A DNA stretch of 64,000 nucleotides from Rhizaria sp. SCN 62-66 (taxonomy: Eukaryota). The notes beneath the pieces are model-generated. The model was not told the origin of the DNA, ran no database searches, and was given only the letters and a program-made list of their open reading frames with translations. Each line of letters starts with the position of its first letter. Positions within the stretch are counted from its first letter, which is position 1. Position numbers and translations under genes: made by a program. Shown in pieces: positions 1 to 9,459 of this stretch. Where the stretch lies: the NCBI GenBank assembly GCA_001724265.1, contig MEDY01000284.1, forward strand, positions 1 through 64,000, read 5' to 3'.

Positions 1-3000
1 GAGGGCGAGACGCGCGCGCTGCGGGCCACGCAGGAGGCCGCGCTGGCCGCGGTGCGGGAGGCCGCCGCTGCCAAAGCCGAGGCCGCCGACGCCGCAGCCG
101 CCGCACGCGCCGCAGCCGCGGAGGACGCCGCGAGCGCCGCCGCGGCGCAGGCCGCGCGGTCGGCGCAGGCGGCGTGTGTGGCGCGGGAGGACGCTGAGCG
201 GCTGCGGCAGCAACTGGCCGCCGCCGAGGCCGCCGCGGCGCAGGCGGACGCGAAGGCCGCAGCGGCTGGCGAGGACGCCGCGCTCAGCGCCGCGCGCGCC
301 GCGGAGCTCGAGGCAGCGCTGGCGGCGCAGCGCCGCACGATGGAAGACGTCCACGGCGCGCTCGCTGAGCTGCAAGCCTCCGAAGCAGAGGAGCGCAGCG
401 TCGCGGCGCAGGAGCGCGCGGCGGCGGCGGCGCGGACTGAGGAGCACCGCCAGGTTGCCGCCACCGCACGCGCCGCCGAGGCCGCTGCCCGCGCTGCGGA
501 GACTGAGGCGCGCGCCGCGGAGGTCGAGGCGCGGCGTGCGGGCGAGGCTGCCGTGGCGCGGGCCCGCGAGGAGGCCGAGCACGAGCGCGCGCGCGCCGCA
601 GTTGCGGAAGCCGCGGCGGCGCGCGTCGCAGAAGACAAGGAACAGCTCGCGGCGCGTCTCCGTGCCGTCGTCGCGGCCGCCGCAGCCGAGGCCGAGGAGG
701 CGCGCGCGGCGGCGACGGCGCGGACCGACGCGATGGCGGCCGAGCTCGCGGCCACGGCGGCGCGGCTGGAGCAAAGCGAGCGCTGCGGCGAGGAGGCTCA
801 GCGCGCCGCGCACGCAGGGTTCCGCGAGGAGCTCGAGGCGCTGCGGCGCGAAGTGGCCGCCGACGCGAGCGCGGCCGAGGAGGCGCAGGCGGCCGTGGCG
901 CGCGCGCAGGCCGCCGCGGAGCGCGACAACGCTGAGCTACAAGAGCGGCTTTGTGCGCTGCAGGAGCAGCTTGACTTGCTGCAGACCGAGAACGCTGCGC
1001 TGCGTGAAGCCAAGAGTGCAGCAGAACGCAGTCTGGCCGAGAGTGAGGCAGTGCTGGCGGCCGTGCGTGCGACGCTAACCGAGGTGCAGACCGCGGCGGC
1101 GGAGGGCGAGGAGTCCGCCAGCCGCATCGCAGCGCGCGCTGCTGCGGAGGCTGTGAAGGCCGCCGCGGAGGCCGCGGCCGCCGAGGCCAAGGCGGCTGCT
1201 GCGGAGGCCAAGGCGTCTGCAGCGGAGGCTGACGCGGCACAGAGCCGTGCTGAGACCGCGCACGCCCGCGGTGAGCTCGAGCAGGCGCTGGCTGAGCTGG
1301 AGCGCGCGCGCGCCGACGCAGCGCACAGCCGCACCGAGGCCGAGCAGGCGCGCGAGGCGGCGACCGAGGTGCTGGCCACAGTGGACGCGGCGACAACCGC
1401 GGCCGAGGACGCTGTGGCATCCGCCGAGGCGCGCGCTGCCGCGGCCGAGACGGCCGTGGCCGAGGCCGCCGCGACTGCTGCCGCCGCGCAGGCCGAGGCC
1501 GCGGACGCGCGCGCTGCCGCCGCTGCGGGCGAGACTGCTGTGGCTGAGGCCGAGGCAGCCGCAGAGGCCGCGCGCGCTGAGGCCGCTGCCGCACGTGACG
1601 AGGCTGCTGCGGCCCGCGCTGCGTTGACCGCCACGAGCAGTGAGCGTGAGGCTGCCGTTGCCCAGGCCGCCGCCGCCGCCGCCGAGGCCGCTGCGGAGGC
1701 CGCGCGCGAGCGCCAGACTGCCGCTGTGGCCGCCGCCGTGGCCGAGGCCGTGGCCGCCGCCGAGGCCGCGACGCAGACGACCGTGGCGGCCGTGCTGCGC
1801 GACTCCGAGGCTGCGGCGACCGAAGCTGTCGACGCCGCTGTGGCCGCAGAGCGCGCGCAGGCGGCGCAGGCGCTGGCGGCCGCTGAGGCTGAGCGCAGCA
1901 GGCTCGCCGCTGACTGTGAGCTGCTGCAGCAGGACCGCGACGAGCTGCGAAGGAGCTGCGAACAGGCGCGCGGTGATATTGAGCAGCTGCGCGCGCAGGC
2001 CGGCGCCGCCGGTGTGCAGACGAGCTTCCTCGTCGCGCAAGTTGAGGCGCTGTCCGGCGCGAATGCGGCCGCTGGGGACGCCAAGGCTGCGGCTGAGGAA
2101 GCCAAGGCCGCGATGGAGGAAGCCCTGGTCGCTGCTGAGGCCCGCTGCGCGACCGCAGTGAGCGACAAGGCTGCTGCTGAGAGCGCGTGCGCGGCAGCAG
2201 GCGCTGCAATGGACGCCGCCGAGGCCGCGCGCGCCGACGCAGCTGCCGCGCAGACCGAGGCCGAGACCGCGCTGGCCGCCGCTGAGGCCGCGCTTGCGAC
2301 CGCCGAGTCCGCGCGTGCGGCTGCGGAGAGCGAGCGCGACTCGGCGAAACAGGCGCTGGCGGCCGCCGTGGCCGCCGCGGCCGCGGGCGAGGGCAACCAC
2401 GCCGCGCTAGCGGCCGCGCTGGCGGAGCGCGAGGCCGCGGCGGCCGCGGCGGTGCAGGCGCAGCTGGCCGCCGAGGAGGACAAGCGCGCCGCGATGGATG
2501 CTGCTGAGGCCGCTGTGTCGGCGGCTGAGCTAGCCAACTCCGCTGCGGAGGCCGCCACGGCCGCCAAGGACGAGGCGCTCGCCGAGAAGGCCGCTGCGGA
2601 GGCCGCGCTGGTCGAGGCGCAGGCCCTGCTTGTGGAGGCGGAGACCGCGCGTCAGCAGGCTGAGGCCAAGCTGCGCGCTGCCGAGTCCGCGAACGAGGCG
2701 CTTGCGCTCGACGCCGCCTCACTGTCCGCGAGCAACGCCGCGCTGCACGAGGAGGCCGGCACACTGCGCACCGCGCTGGCGGCACTGACGGCCGACGCCG
2801 CCGCGCTCTCGGCCAAGACCGAGGCGCTGGCCGCCGAGAACGCGCAGCTCACCGACGCCGCGAGCGGCGCCAACGCGGAGCGCGAGAGCCTCGCGGGCGA
2901 GCTCGAGCGCGCGGCTGCCGAGTCCGCGGCGCTACGCGCGCGCGCCACCCAGCTGGAGGCCGCCAACGCAGCGCTGGGGCTCGACGCTGCGGCGGGCGGC

Positions 3001-6000
3001 AGCGCACAGGAGGCGCTTGCCGCAGACAACGCGGCGCTGTCGGAGCAGCGCGCCGCACTTGAAACTGAGAAGACGCGCCTCGAGGCTCACGTTGATGAGC
3101 TTACTGCAGAGGTCGCGACACTGATGGCCGAGCTCAGTGCGGCCAATACCGATGCTGGCGCTGCGAAGGCTGAGGCTGAGAGGGCTAAGACAGAGGCCGA
3201 GACAGTCATGACTGCGGCTGAGATGGCCGTGACCGAGGCCGAGGCCGCTAAGGCCCAGTCTGCTTCCGCTCTTGCTGACGCCGACGCTGCCAAGGCCGAC
3301 GCACAGGCTGCCAAGGCCGAAGCCGCTGCTTTGGCGGAGGACAAGGCTGCCCTGCAGGAACAGACGGCTGCGCTGACTCAGCAGTCTGCGGCGCAGCAAG
3401 AGCGTCTCGCGGCGCTGGAACGCGACTTGGAGGCGCTCGCGGCCGACAAGGCCCGCACTGTGTCTGCGCTCGAGACCGCGCTGGCGGCCAACGCCGGCGC
3501 GCGCGACGAGGCCTTGAATGCGGCGCTGGCCGCGGCGCAGACCGCGCAGACCGAGGCTACGGACGCGGCCCGCGCGCGCGACGCCGCGGCGGCCGAGCTG
3601 GCGCATCTGCAGGAGCAGCTGTGCGCTCTCGACGAAGCCACGGCGCAGATCGCGGCGCCGTCGCACAGCAACAGCGCTGGCGGCGGCGACTCGGCCCCCG
3701 GGTCGCCGGTCACCGCGCGCGCGCAGTCGCGGTCGAGCGCCGCGGTCGGTACCAGCACCGATGACAACGGTGAGAGCGCGGGCGCGATGCTGCTGGCCTC
3801 GCCCGCCTCCGCGGACGCGCACGACACAAGCGCTGTCTCCGAGGCTGCCGACGCCGCTAACCCGAACAACACGAGCGCGGACGCTCTCGCGCGGCTGCGC
3901 GCGCGGCTGGTGCGCGCCGAGCGCCGGCTGCTGGCGTCGGCCAAGGCACTGCTGTCGCTCAACGACACAGTCGCGAAGCTGCAGCAGATTGCCGAGCTCA
4001 AGGACGCCGCGCGCGCCGACGCCGAGGCCGCGCTCAAGGAAGCCACGGACGAGTGTGACTTGCGCGCGCGCGACATGGCGCTGATGGAGGCCGAGCTGGT
4101 GGAGCTGCGCGAGGCCCGTCGCGAGGCCGCCGAGACGCTGCTGCAGGTCAACGAGCTGCACAGCGTCGAACTTGAGCGCCTGCAGGCGGACCTCAGCAAG
4201 GCGGACCAGCTTGCCGCCGCGGCGGACTCGGCCGCGGCCGCCGCGCGCGTGCGCGCCGAGAAGGTCGAGGCGGCGCAGGCGGACCTGGCGGCCGCGGCAC
4301 AAGGCGCGGCCGCCGTGGACGAGCGTCTGGCGCGCGCGCAGGAAGAGCTGGAGCGGCGCGCGGCCGCGCTTGACGAGGCGGAGAACAACGCTAAGGACTG
4401 GGAGCGGTCCGCGGCCGATGCCGACGCGCAGGCGCGCTTCTACGCGCTGCGGGCGTCGCAGCTGGAGGCCGCGGCGGAGGAAGCCTCGACCGCGCGCGAG
4501 GCACTGGTCGCGGACAAGGTGACGGCCACGCTCGAGGCGCAGCGGCTGCAGCAGGAGCTTACTGCGGCGCGCACCGAGCTGGGCCGCACGCGGGCCGATC
4601 TTGCGCAAGCCAAGGTCGCGCGCGGGCAAGCCGACTCGGCGGAGCTGGCCGAGGCGCGGCGCGACCGCGACGAGTTTGAGGGCCACATGGAGGCGCTTCT
4701 GGGCGAGAATGAGGCGCTTAAGGCCGCCGCGGACAGCGCGCGCGCCAGTGCCAGGACCGCGGTCGACGCCGCTCGGGCCGATGCCGAGCGCGCGCGCGCG
4801 GAGGCCGCGGCGGCCAAGGCTGAGGCTGCGGAGGCTAAGGCTGAGATCGATGCTGCCAAGGCTGCCGCGGCCGAGGCTGCTGCGGAGGCCAGCGACTCGT
4901 TGCGCACGACGACGCAGCGCCTCTTTGCTGCGCAGACCGCCGCCGAGGAGGCTCGCGCCGCTGCTGAGACCGCGGAGGCCGCGCATGCTGCGCTTGCAGA
5001 GCGTCTGGCCGAGGTCTCCGTGGGCGCGGGCGACGACGTGGTGACCGCGCAGGCCGCCGCTGCCGCCGCCGCGACTGCGGCCGCCGCGGCCTTCGCCGAG
5101 GCCGACGCCGCCAAAGAGACTGCGGCTGCGGCCGAGCTGCGCGCGCAGGAGGCTGAGGCCGCGCGTGACAGCGCTGTTGCTGCCGCGGATGATGCCACTG
5201 CCGCTGCGGCCGCTGCTGAGGCCGCTAAGTCCGCCGCTGAGGCCGCCAAGACCGCGGCTGATGAAGCGAAGACCGCTGCCGAGTCCGAGCTGGCTGCGGT
5301 GCAGGACGACCTGCACCGCGCTGAGGCCGCTGCTGCGGGCGCAGTCGCTGAGCGTGACGCCGCACTGGCCGCGCAGGCCGCAGCCGAGGCTGCGCTGGCG
5401 GAGGCTCTGGCTGCCAAGCAGGAGTCCGAAGACGCGGGCGCCGAGTCCGCTGCCGCCGCCGCCCGCGCCGCCGCCGCCGCTGCGGCTGAAGTGCGCGCAT
5501 TCGAAGCCGCCCAACGCTACGCGGCCGAGGCTGACGCAGCCGCTGCGACCTCCGCGGCCGCGCGTGCCGAGGCTGAGGCCGCCGAGGCCCGCGCTGCCGC
5601 CGCGGAGGAGCGTGCCGCGGACGCCGAGGAGCGCGCCGCCGAGGCCGTGCTGCGCGCCGAGGACGAGGACGCCGAGCGCGCGAAGCTTGCGCAGCAGCTG
5701 GCCGAGGCGCAGGCGGCCGCGGAGGCGCGTTTGGCGGCAGCCGAGAGCCGCGCCGCCGCCGCAGAGGCCAGGGCCGCCGAGGCCGAGGCGCGCGCTGACG
5801 CCGCCAAGGAGGCCGAACGCGCCGCGGCGACGAGCGTCGACGCCGCCGAGGCCGCCGCGCAGACCGCGACCGAGGCGAGCGCGCGCGCGGCCGCGCTCGA
5901 GGCTGCCGTGGCCGAGGCCGACACCGTGCGCGACGTGCTTCAGGCGCAGTTGGCGGCCGCGCACAGCCAGATTGCAGACGAGCAGACTGCGCGTGCGGCC

Positions 6001-9000
6001 ACCGAGGAGGCCGCCGCCGCCGCGGCCGCGCGCGCCGAGACTGCTGAGGCCGCCGCCGCCGCCGCGCTGGCGGAGGCTGTGGCCGCGGGCGAGACCGCTG
6101 CCGCCGCACGCGCGCAGGTTGCTGCGCTGCGCGAGGAGGCCGTGGCCGCTCAGAACGAGGCTGCGAGCGCGCTTGAGGATCTCGCGGCCGCGCAGGAGAC
6201 CAGCGCGGCGCTGCGCGAGCGCGCGGCCGCCGCCGAGGCCGCTGCTGCCGAAGCGCTCGCGCGCGCTGATACTGCCGCCGTGGCTCAGAGCGGCGTTGAG
6301 GCCGCAGCGGAGGAGGTCGCACGCGCGCGCGCCGCGCAGGCCGCTGCTGAGGCTGAGGCTGCATCCGCGCGCGCTGAGGCCGAGGCCGCTGCCGCCGCCG
6401 CCGCTGCTGCTACCGCGCAGTCCGGAGCCGCTTCGTCTGCCGCCGAGGACGCGCAGGCGCGCGCGGCGGCCGCCGAGGCCGAGGCTGCGGGGTCCGCCGC
6501 CGCCAAGGCCGCCGCCGATGCCGCAGCTGAGGAGGCGCTGGCCGCCGCTGCCGCTGAGACTGCGGCCGCGCACCGCGCCGCCGCTCTTGCGCGCGAGGAG
6601 GCGGCGGTGCTCAAGGACCAGCTGGCTGCGACCTCCGAGCTGGTCGCCGCCGCGGGCGAGGACGCGACCGCCGCGGCCGCCGCAGCGCATGCCGCCGCCG
6701 CGCAGGCCCGCGCTGACGCCGCTGCGGCGCGTGCCGCGGAGGAGGAGGCCAAGAGCGATGCCGCGCGCACGCTCGCGCGCGTGCTGGCGCTGGTGCGCGC
6801 CGAAACCGCCAAGGCCGCTGTCACTGCTAACATGAACGCTAGCGCTGGCGACCCAGAGTCCGCCGACGCGAGTGCGGACGCTGATCCTATCGCCGAGGCG
6901 TACGCCCTCTCTGGCGAGGCCGACGCCGACGCGGTGCTGAGTGCCGTGGCCGCTCTGGCCGCCGCCGCGCGCGAGCGCTCCGCGGCCCGGGCTGCGGAGG
7001 CTGCCGCGGCCGCCAAGGCAGCTGCGGACACCGCCGCTGCCGAGGCGCTTGCTGCTGCAACGGCCGCGGCCGCCGCGGAGGCCGCTGCGGCTGCCAAGGC
7101 CGAGGCCGAGGCCGCCGCGGGCGATTTGGTCCCCAAAACGCTGCTGGGCGCTGCCGAGGCGCGCGTCGCGGCGGCCGAGGAGGACGCCCGTCTGGCCGCC
7201 GCGGTGGCCGAGGCCCTGCGCGCTGAGAGCGACTCTGCCGCGGCGGGCGCTCGCGAGCTGCGGCTCAAGATCACGCTTCTGGAGACGGCACTCGAGGACG
7301 AGCAGCTGCTGCGCAACGCGCTGGCGCAGGAGCGCGACCAGACCGCGCGCGCGCTGGCCGAGGCGCAGGAGGCCGTGCGCGCGGGCGTGCACAGCGCGGG
7401 AACGCTCGAGGGCATCGAGGCGACGTGGCGCGAGAAGGAGGCCGCGTTTAAGGTCCAGCTCGACGCCGCCGTCGCCGCGGCCCGTGAGGAGGCCGCCAGC
7501 GCGCGCGCGGTGGCCGAGGCTGAGGCGCGCGACGCTGCTGCGCGCGAGGAGGCCCGCGTGGCTGCGCTCGCTGCTGCGGCGGAGGAGAACGCCGCTGCCG
7601 CAGAGGCGCGCGCGCAAGAGGCGGAGGCCCGCGCGGCCGAGGCCGAGGCGCGCGCCGCGACTGCGACAGCGTCCCTAGTGTCCGCCTCCGCCGCGGCGCT
7701 TGCTGCGCGCGATGCCGAGGACGACGACGGCGGCGTTGTGGCCGTTGACGACGCGTCTTTCGCGATGACTGGCCCCGCCAGCGCGCGCGCGCCCGCCGCC
7801 GCGGCGGCCCGGTCGCGCTCGCACTCGCGCGCGCGGTCGATGGCGTCGCGCGCGTCATCCTTGGGCGCGGCGGGGCTGCTGACTCCGCGCCGCGGGCTGC
7901 TGGCGCTGCTGGCGGAGCAGCCGCGGCTGGAGCGCCCCGCGGCCGCGCCCGAGGGCGTGGAGCGCGTGCTGCCGTTCGACGACATGCCCATTGGCGACGG
8001 GCTCTGGCTCGGCTCCGACGGCGCTGTGTATGACTTCGACGGCGAGTGTCTCGGCCGCATCCTCCCCGAGGATGAGGCCGCCGAAGCCGATGCCGACGCC
8101 GCCGCGGAGGAGGCCGCGCTCGAAGCTGAGGCCGAGGCCGCGCGCGCTGCGGCCGCGGACCGGGAGGCCGCGCAACTCAAGGAGGAGAACGCGCGTCTGC
8201 GCAGCATGCTGGCCGCGCTGCAGGCGCACGCGGACTCCATCTCGACGGATCTCTACGCCGCCGAGGCCAAGCTCGCCGGCAAGCCCGCCGCCCCTGAGGC
8301 GACCCCTGCAGCTATTGCTGTGGCCTCTAATGGTTCTGCTGCTGCTGGTGGCCGTCGCGGGCGCTCGCGCAACCGCCGCGCCGGTGCTGTCGCCGCCGGC
8401 GCGCGCACTGGCGCGGCCGCTGCGCTGGGCGGCGCGGGCTCGTCTGCGGACAGCGAGACGATGGCAGCTCTCGTTGTCGACGACGAGCACGCTGACGCGG
8501 CCGCCGCGGCCGGGCTCACAGGTGCAGCGCGCGGCGCGGACGACACGTTCGGGCTCGACGAGGGCGAGGAGTCCTTTGGCAGCGATGCCGACCTCAGCGA
8601 AGTCGTGCCCGGCGGCGCGCGCCTTGAGACTGCGCTCGGGCTTGACGACGGATGGGACGAGGACGGCGCCGCGCCGCGCGCGGTGCGCAAGGTCGCCTCT
8701 TCGCACGGCGGCCTCGGACCCAACGGCGCGCGCAGCAGTGCGCGCGGCGGCGCCGGGTTCGAGTATGGGCAGAGCCAGCTGGGCGATGACGGCGGCGACG
8801 ACGGCTACCTGCAGGATCTCGACGATGACGGTGAGGACGGGCGCAGCGACGGCGACTATCTGTCAGACGCGACGGTGCCCGCAGCGTTCCGCAAGATGTT
8901 CATCAAGTACCTCGCCAAGGAGGAGCCAGAGGCGCTGCTGCCCGTCATCTCGAGCATGCTGCAGCTTACGCCGCAGGAGCAGGCGCGGGTGCAGTCGGCG

Positions 9001-9048
9001 CACGCCACGAGCGCGAACCGTGGGTCGTTCTTCCAGGGCTGGCTCTAA
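1..9048 (+). CDS. GRIP-domain golgin-like long coiled-coil protein (5' partial)
   Basis: Frame 1 is open from base 1 to TAA at 9046-9048. It encodes ~2900 aa of Ala/Glu coiled coil. The C-terminus FRKMFIKYLAKEEPEALLPVISSMLQLTPQEQARV...FFQGWL matches the GRIP domain pattern with an aromatic tail. Confidence 0.75.
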   Translation, partial: EGETRALRATQEAALAAVREAAAAKAEAADAAAAARAAAAEDAASAAAAQAARSAQAACVAREDAERLRQQLAAAEAAAAQADAKAAAAGEDAALSAARAAELEAALAAQRRTMEDVHGALAELQASEAEERSVAAQERAAAAARTEEHRQVAATARAAEAAARAAETEARAAEVEARRAGEAAVARAREEAEHERARAAVAEAAAARVAEDKEQLAARLRAVVAAAAAEAEEARAAATARTDAMAAELAATAARLEQSERCGEEAQRAAHAGFREELEALRREVAADASAAEEAQAAVARAQAAAERDNAELQERLCALQEQLDLLQTENAALREAKSAAERSLAESEAVLAAVRATLTEVQTAAAEGEESASRIAARAAAEAVKAAAEAAAAEAKAAAAEAKASAAEADAAQSRAETAHARGELEQALAELERARADAAHSRTEAEQAREAATEVLATVDAATTAAEDAVASAEARAAAAETAVAEAAATAAAAQAEAADARAAAAAGETAVAEAEAAAEAARAEAAAARDEAAAARAALTATSSEREAAVAQAAAAAAEAAAEAARERQTAAVAAAVAEAVAAAEAATQTTVAAVLRDSEAAATEAVDAAVAAERAQAAQALAAAEAERSRLAADCELLQQDRDELRRSCEQARGDIEQLRAQAGAAGVQTSFLVAQVEALSGANAAAGDAKAAAEEAKAAMEEALVAAEARCATAVSDKAAAESACAAAGAAMDAAEAARADAAAAQTEAETALAAAEAALATAESARAAAESERDSAKQALAAAVAAAAAGEGNHAALAAALAEREAAAAAAVQAQLAAEEDKRAAMDAAEAAVSAAELANSAAEAATAAKDEALAEKAAAEAALVEAQALLVEAETARQQAEAKLRAAESANEALALDAASLSASNAALHEEAGTLRTALAALTADAAALSAKTEALAAENAQLTDAASGANAERESLAGELERAAAESAALRARATQLEAANAALGLDAAAGGSAQEALAADNAALSEQRAALETEKTRLEAHVDELTAEVATLMAELSAANTDAGAAKAEAERAKTEAETVMTAAEMAVTEAEAAKAQSASALADADAAKADAQAAKAEAAALAEDKAALQEQTAALTQQSAAQQERLAALERDLEALAADKARTVSALETALAANAGARDEALNAALAAAQTAQTEATDAARARDAAAAELAHLQEQLCALDEATAQIAAPSHSNSAGGGDSAPGSPVTARAQSRSSAAVGTSTDDNGESAGAMLLASPASADAHDTSAVSEAADAANPNNTSADALARLRARLVRAERRLLASAKALLSLNDTVAKLQQIAELKDAARADAEAALKEATDECDLRARDMALMEAELVELREARREAAETLLQVNELHSVELERLQADLSKADQLAAAADSAAAAARVRAEKVEAAQADLAAAAQGAAAVDERLARAQEELERRAAALDEAENNAKDWERSAADADAQARFYALRASQLEAAAEEASTAREALVADKVTATLEAQRLQQELTAARTELGRTRADLAQAKVARGQADSAELAEARRDRDEFEGHMEALLGENEALKAAADSARASARTAVDAARADAERARAEAAAAKAEAAEAKAEIDAAKAAAAEAAAEASDSLRTTTQRLFAAQTAAEEARAAAETAEAAHAALAERLAEVSVGAGDDVVTAQAAAAAAATAAAAAFAEADAAKETAAAAELRAQEAEAARDSAVAAADDATAAAAAAEAAKSAAEAAKTAADEAKTAAESELAAVQDDLHRAEAAAAGAVAERDAALAAQAAAEAALAEALAAKQESEDAGAESAAAAARAAAAAAAEVRAFEAAQRYAAEADAAAATSAAARAEAEAAEARAAAAEERAADAEERAAEAVLRAEDEDAERAKLAQQLAEAQAAAEARLAAAESRAAAAEARAAEAEARADAAKEAERAAATSVDAAEAAAQTATEASARAAALEAAVAEADTVRDVLQAQLAAAHSQIADEQTARAATEEAAAAAAARAETAEAAAAAALAEAVAAGETAAAARAQVAALREEAVAAQNEAASALEDLAAAQETSAALRERAAAAEAAAAEALARADTAAVAQSGVEAAAEEVARARAAQAAAEAEAASARAEAEAAAAAAAAATAQSGAASSAAEDAQARAAAAEAEAAGSAAAKAAADAAAEEALAAAAAETAAAHRAAALAREEAAVLKDQLAATSELVAAAGEDATAAAAAAHAAAAQARADAAAARAAEEEAKSDAARTLARVLALVRAETAKAAVTANMNASAGDPESADASADADPIAEAYALSGEADADAVLSAVAALAAAARERSAARAAEAAAAAKAAADTAAAEALAAATAAAAAEAAAAAKAEAEAAAGDLVPKTLLGAAEARVAAAEEDARLAAAVAEALRAESDSAAAGARELRLKITLLETALEDEQLLRNALAQERDQTARALAEAQEAVRAGVHSAGTLEGIEATWREKEAAFKVQLDAAVAAAREEAASARAVAEAEARDAAAREEARVAALAAAAEENAAAAEARAQEAEARAAEAEARAATATASLVSASAAALAARDAEDDDGGVVAVDDASFAMTGPASARAPAAAAARSRSHSRARSMASRASSLGAAGLLTPRRGLLALLAEQPRLERPAAAPEGVERVLPFDDMPIGDGLWLGSDGAVYDFDGECLGRILPEDEAAEADADAAAEEAALEAEAEAARAAAADREAAQLKEENARLRSMLAALQAHADSISTDLYAAEAKLAGKPAAPEATPAAIAVASNGSAAAGGRRGRSRNRRAGAVAAGARTGAAAALGGAGSSADSETMAALVVDDEHADAAAAAGLTGAARGADDTFGLDEGEESFGSDADLSEVVPGGARLETALGLDDGWDEDGAAPRAVRKVASSHGGLGPNGARSSARGGAGFEYGQSQLGDDGGDDGYLQDLDDDGEDGRSDGDYLSDATVPAAFRKMFIKYLAKEEPEALLPVISSMLQLTPQEQARVQSAHATSANRGSFFQGWL

Positions 9049-9459
9049 GCGCGTGTACATGCGATTGGCTCTGTCAGGGAAAAGTACCAGAACCTACAAA
9101 TTCATTTTCTAGCACTTAATTTGACAACTCAACATCACAGGTGTTCGTGACCGTTGATCTTTACATCAGTTATCCCAATTTATAACAGAATACAATGACT
9201 CAGGTTTTAATCAACGAATTCGACATGTTGCCACTTAATACGAATAAAAGTGTATGCTGTGGCGGTAACTGAGACATGAACATTGCTCAAGCAATCAGTT
9301 ACCTACCTCTTTGAAAAACGTATGGGAAAAATAAACATAAGAAGAAAATAAACGCATCACGTATGATCAAAATAAAAGTACCGGCGAGAGAGAAGAAAAA
9401 TAGATCTAGATATGGATACAGTTAGAAATTTGAAGCCTCGGAGCGCAAAGCCTCGCCAC

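Noticed and set aside
284-8706. Very long antisense and alternate-frame ORFs (e.g. 2932..7617 -, 1561 aa) overlapping the golgin and other genes
   Set aside because: Expected shadows of GC-rich GCN/GAG codon repeats lacking stop triplets. The translations are Arg/Gly/Pro junk with no motifs.
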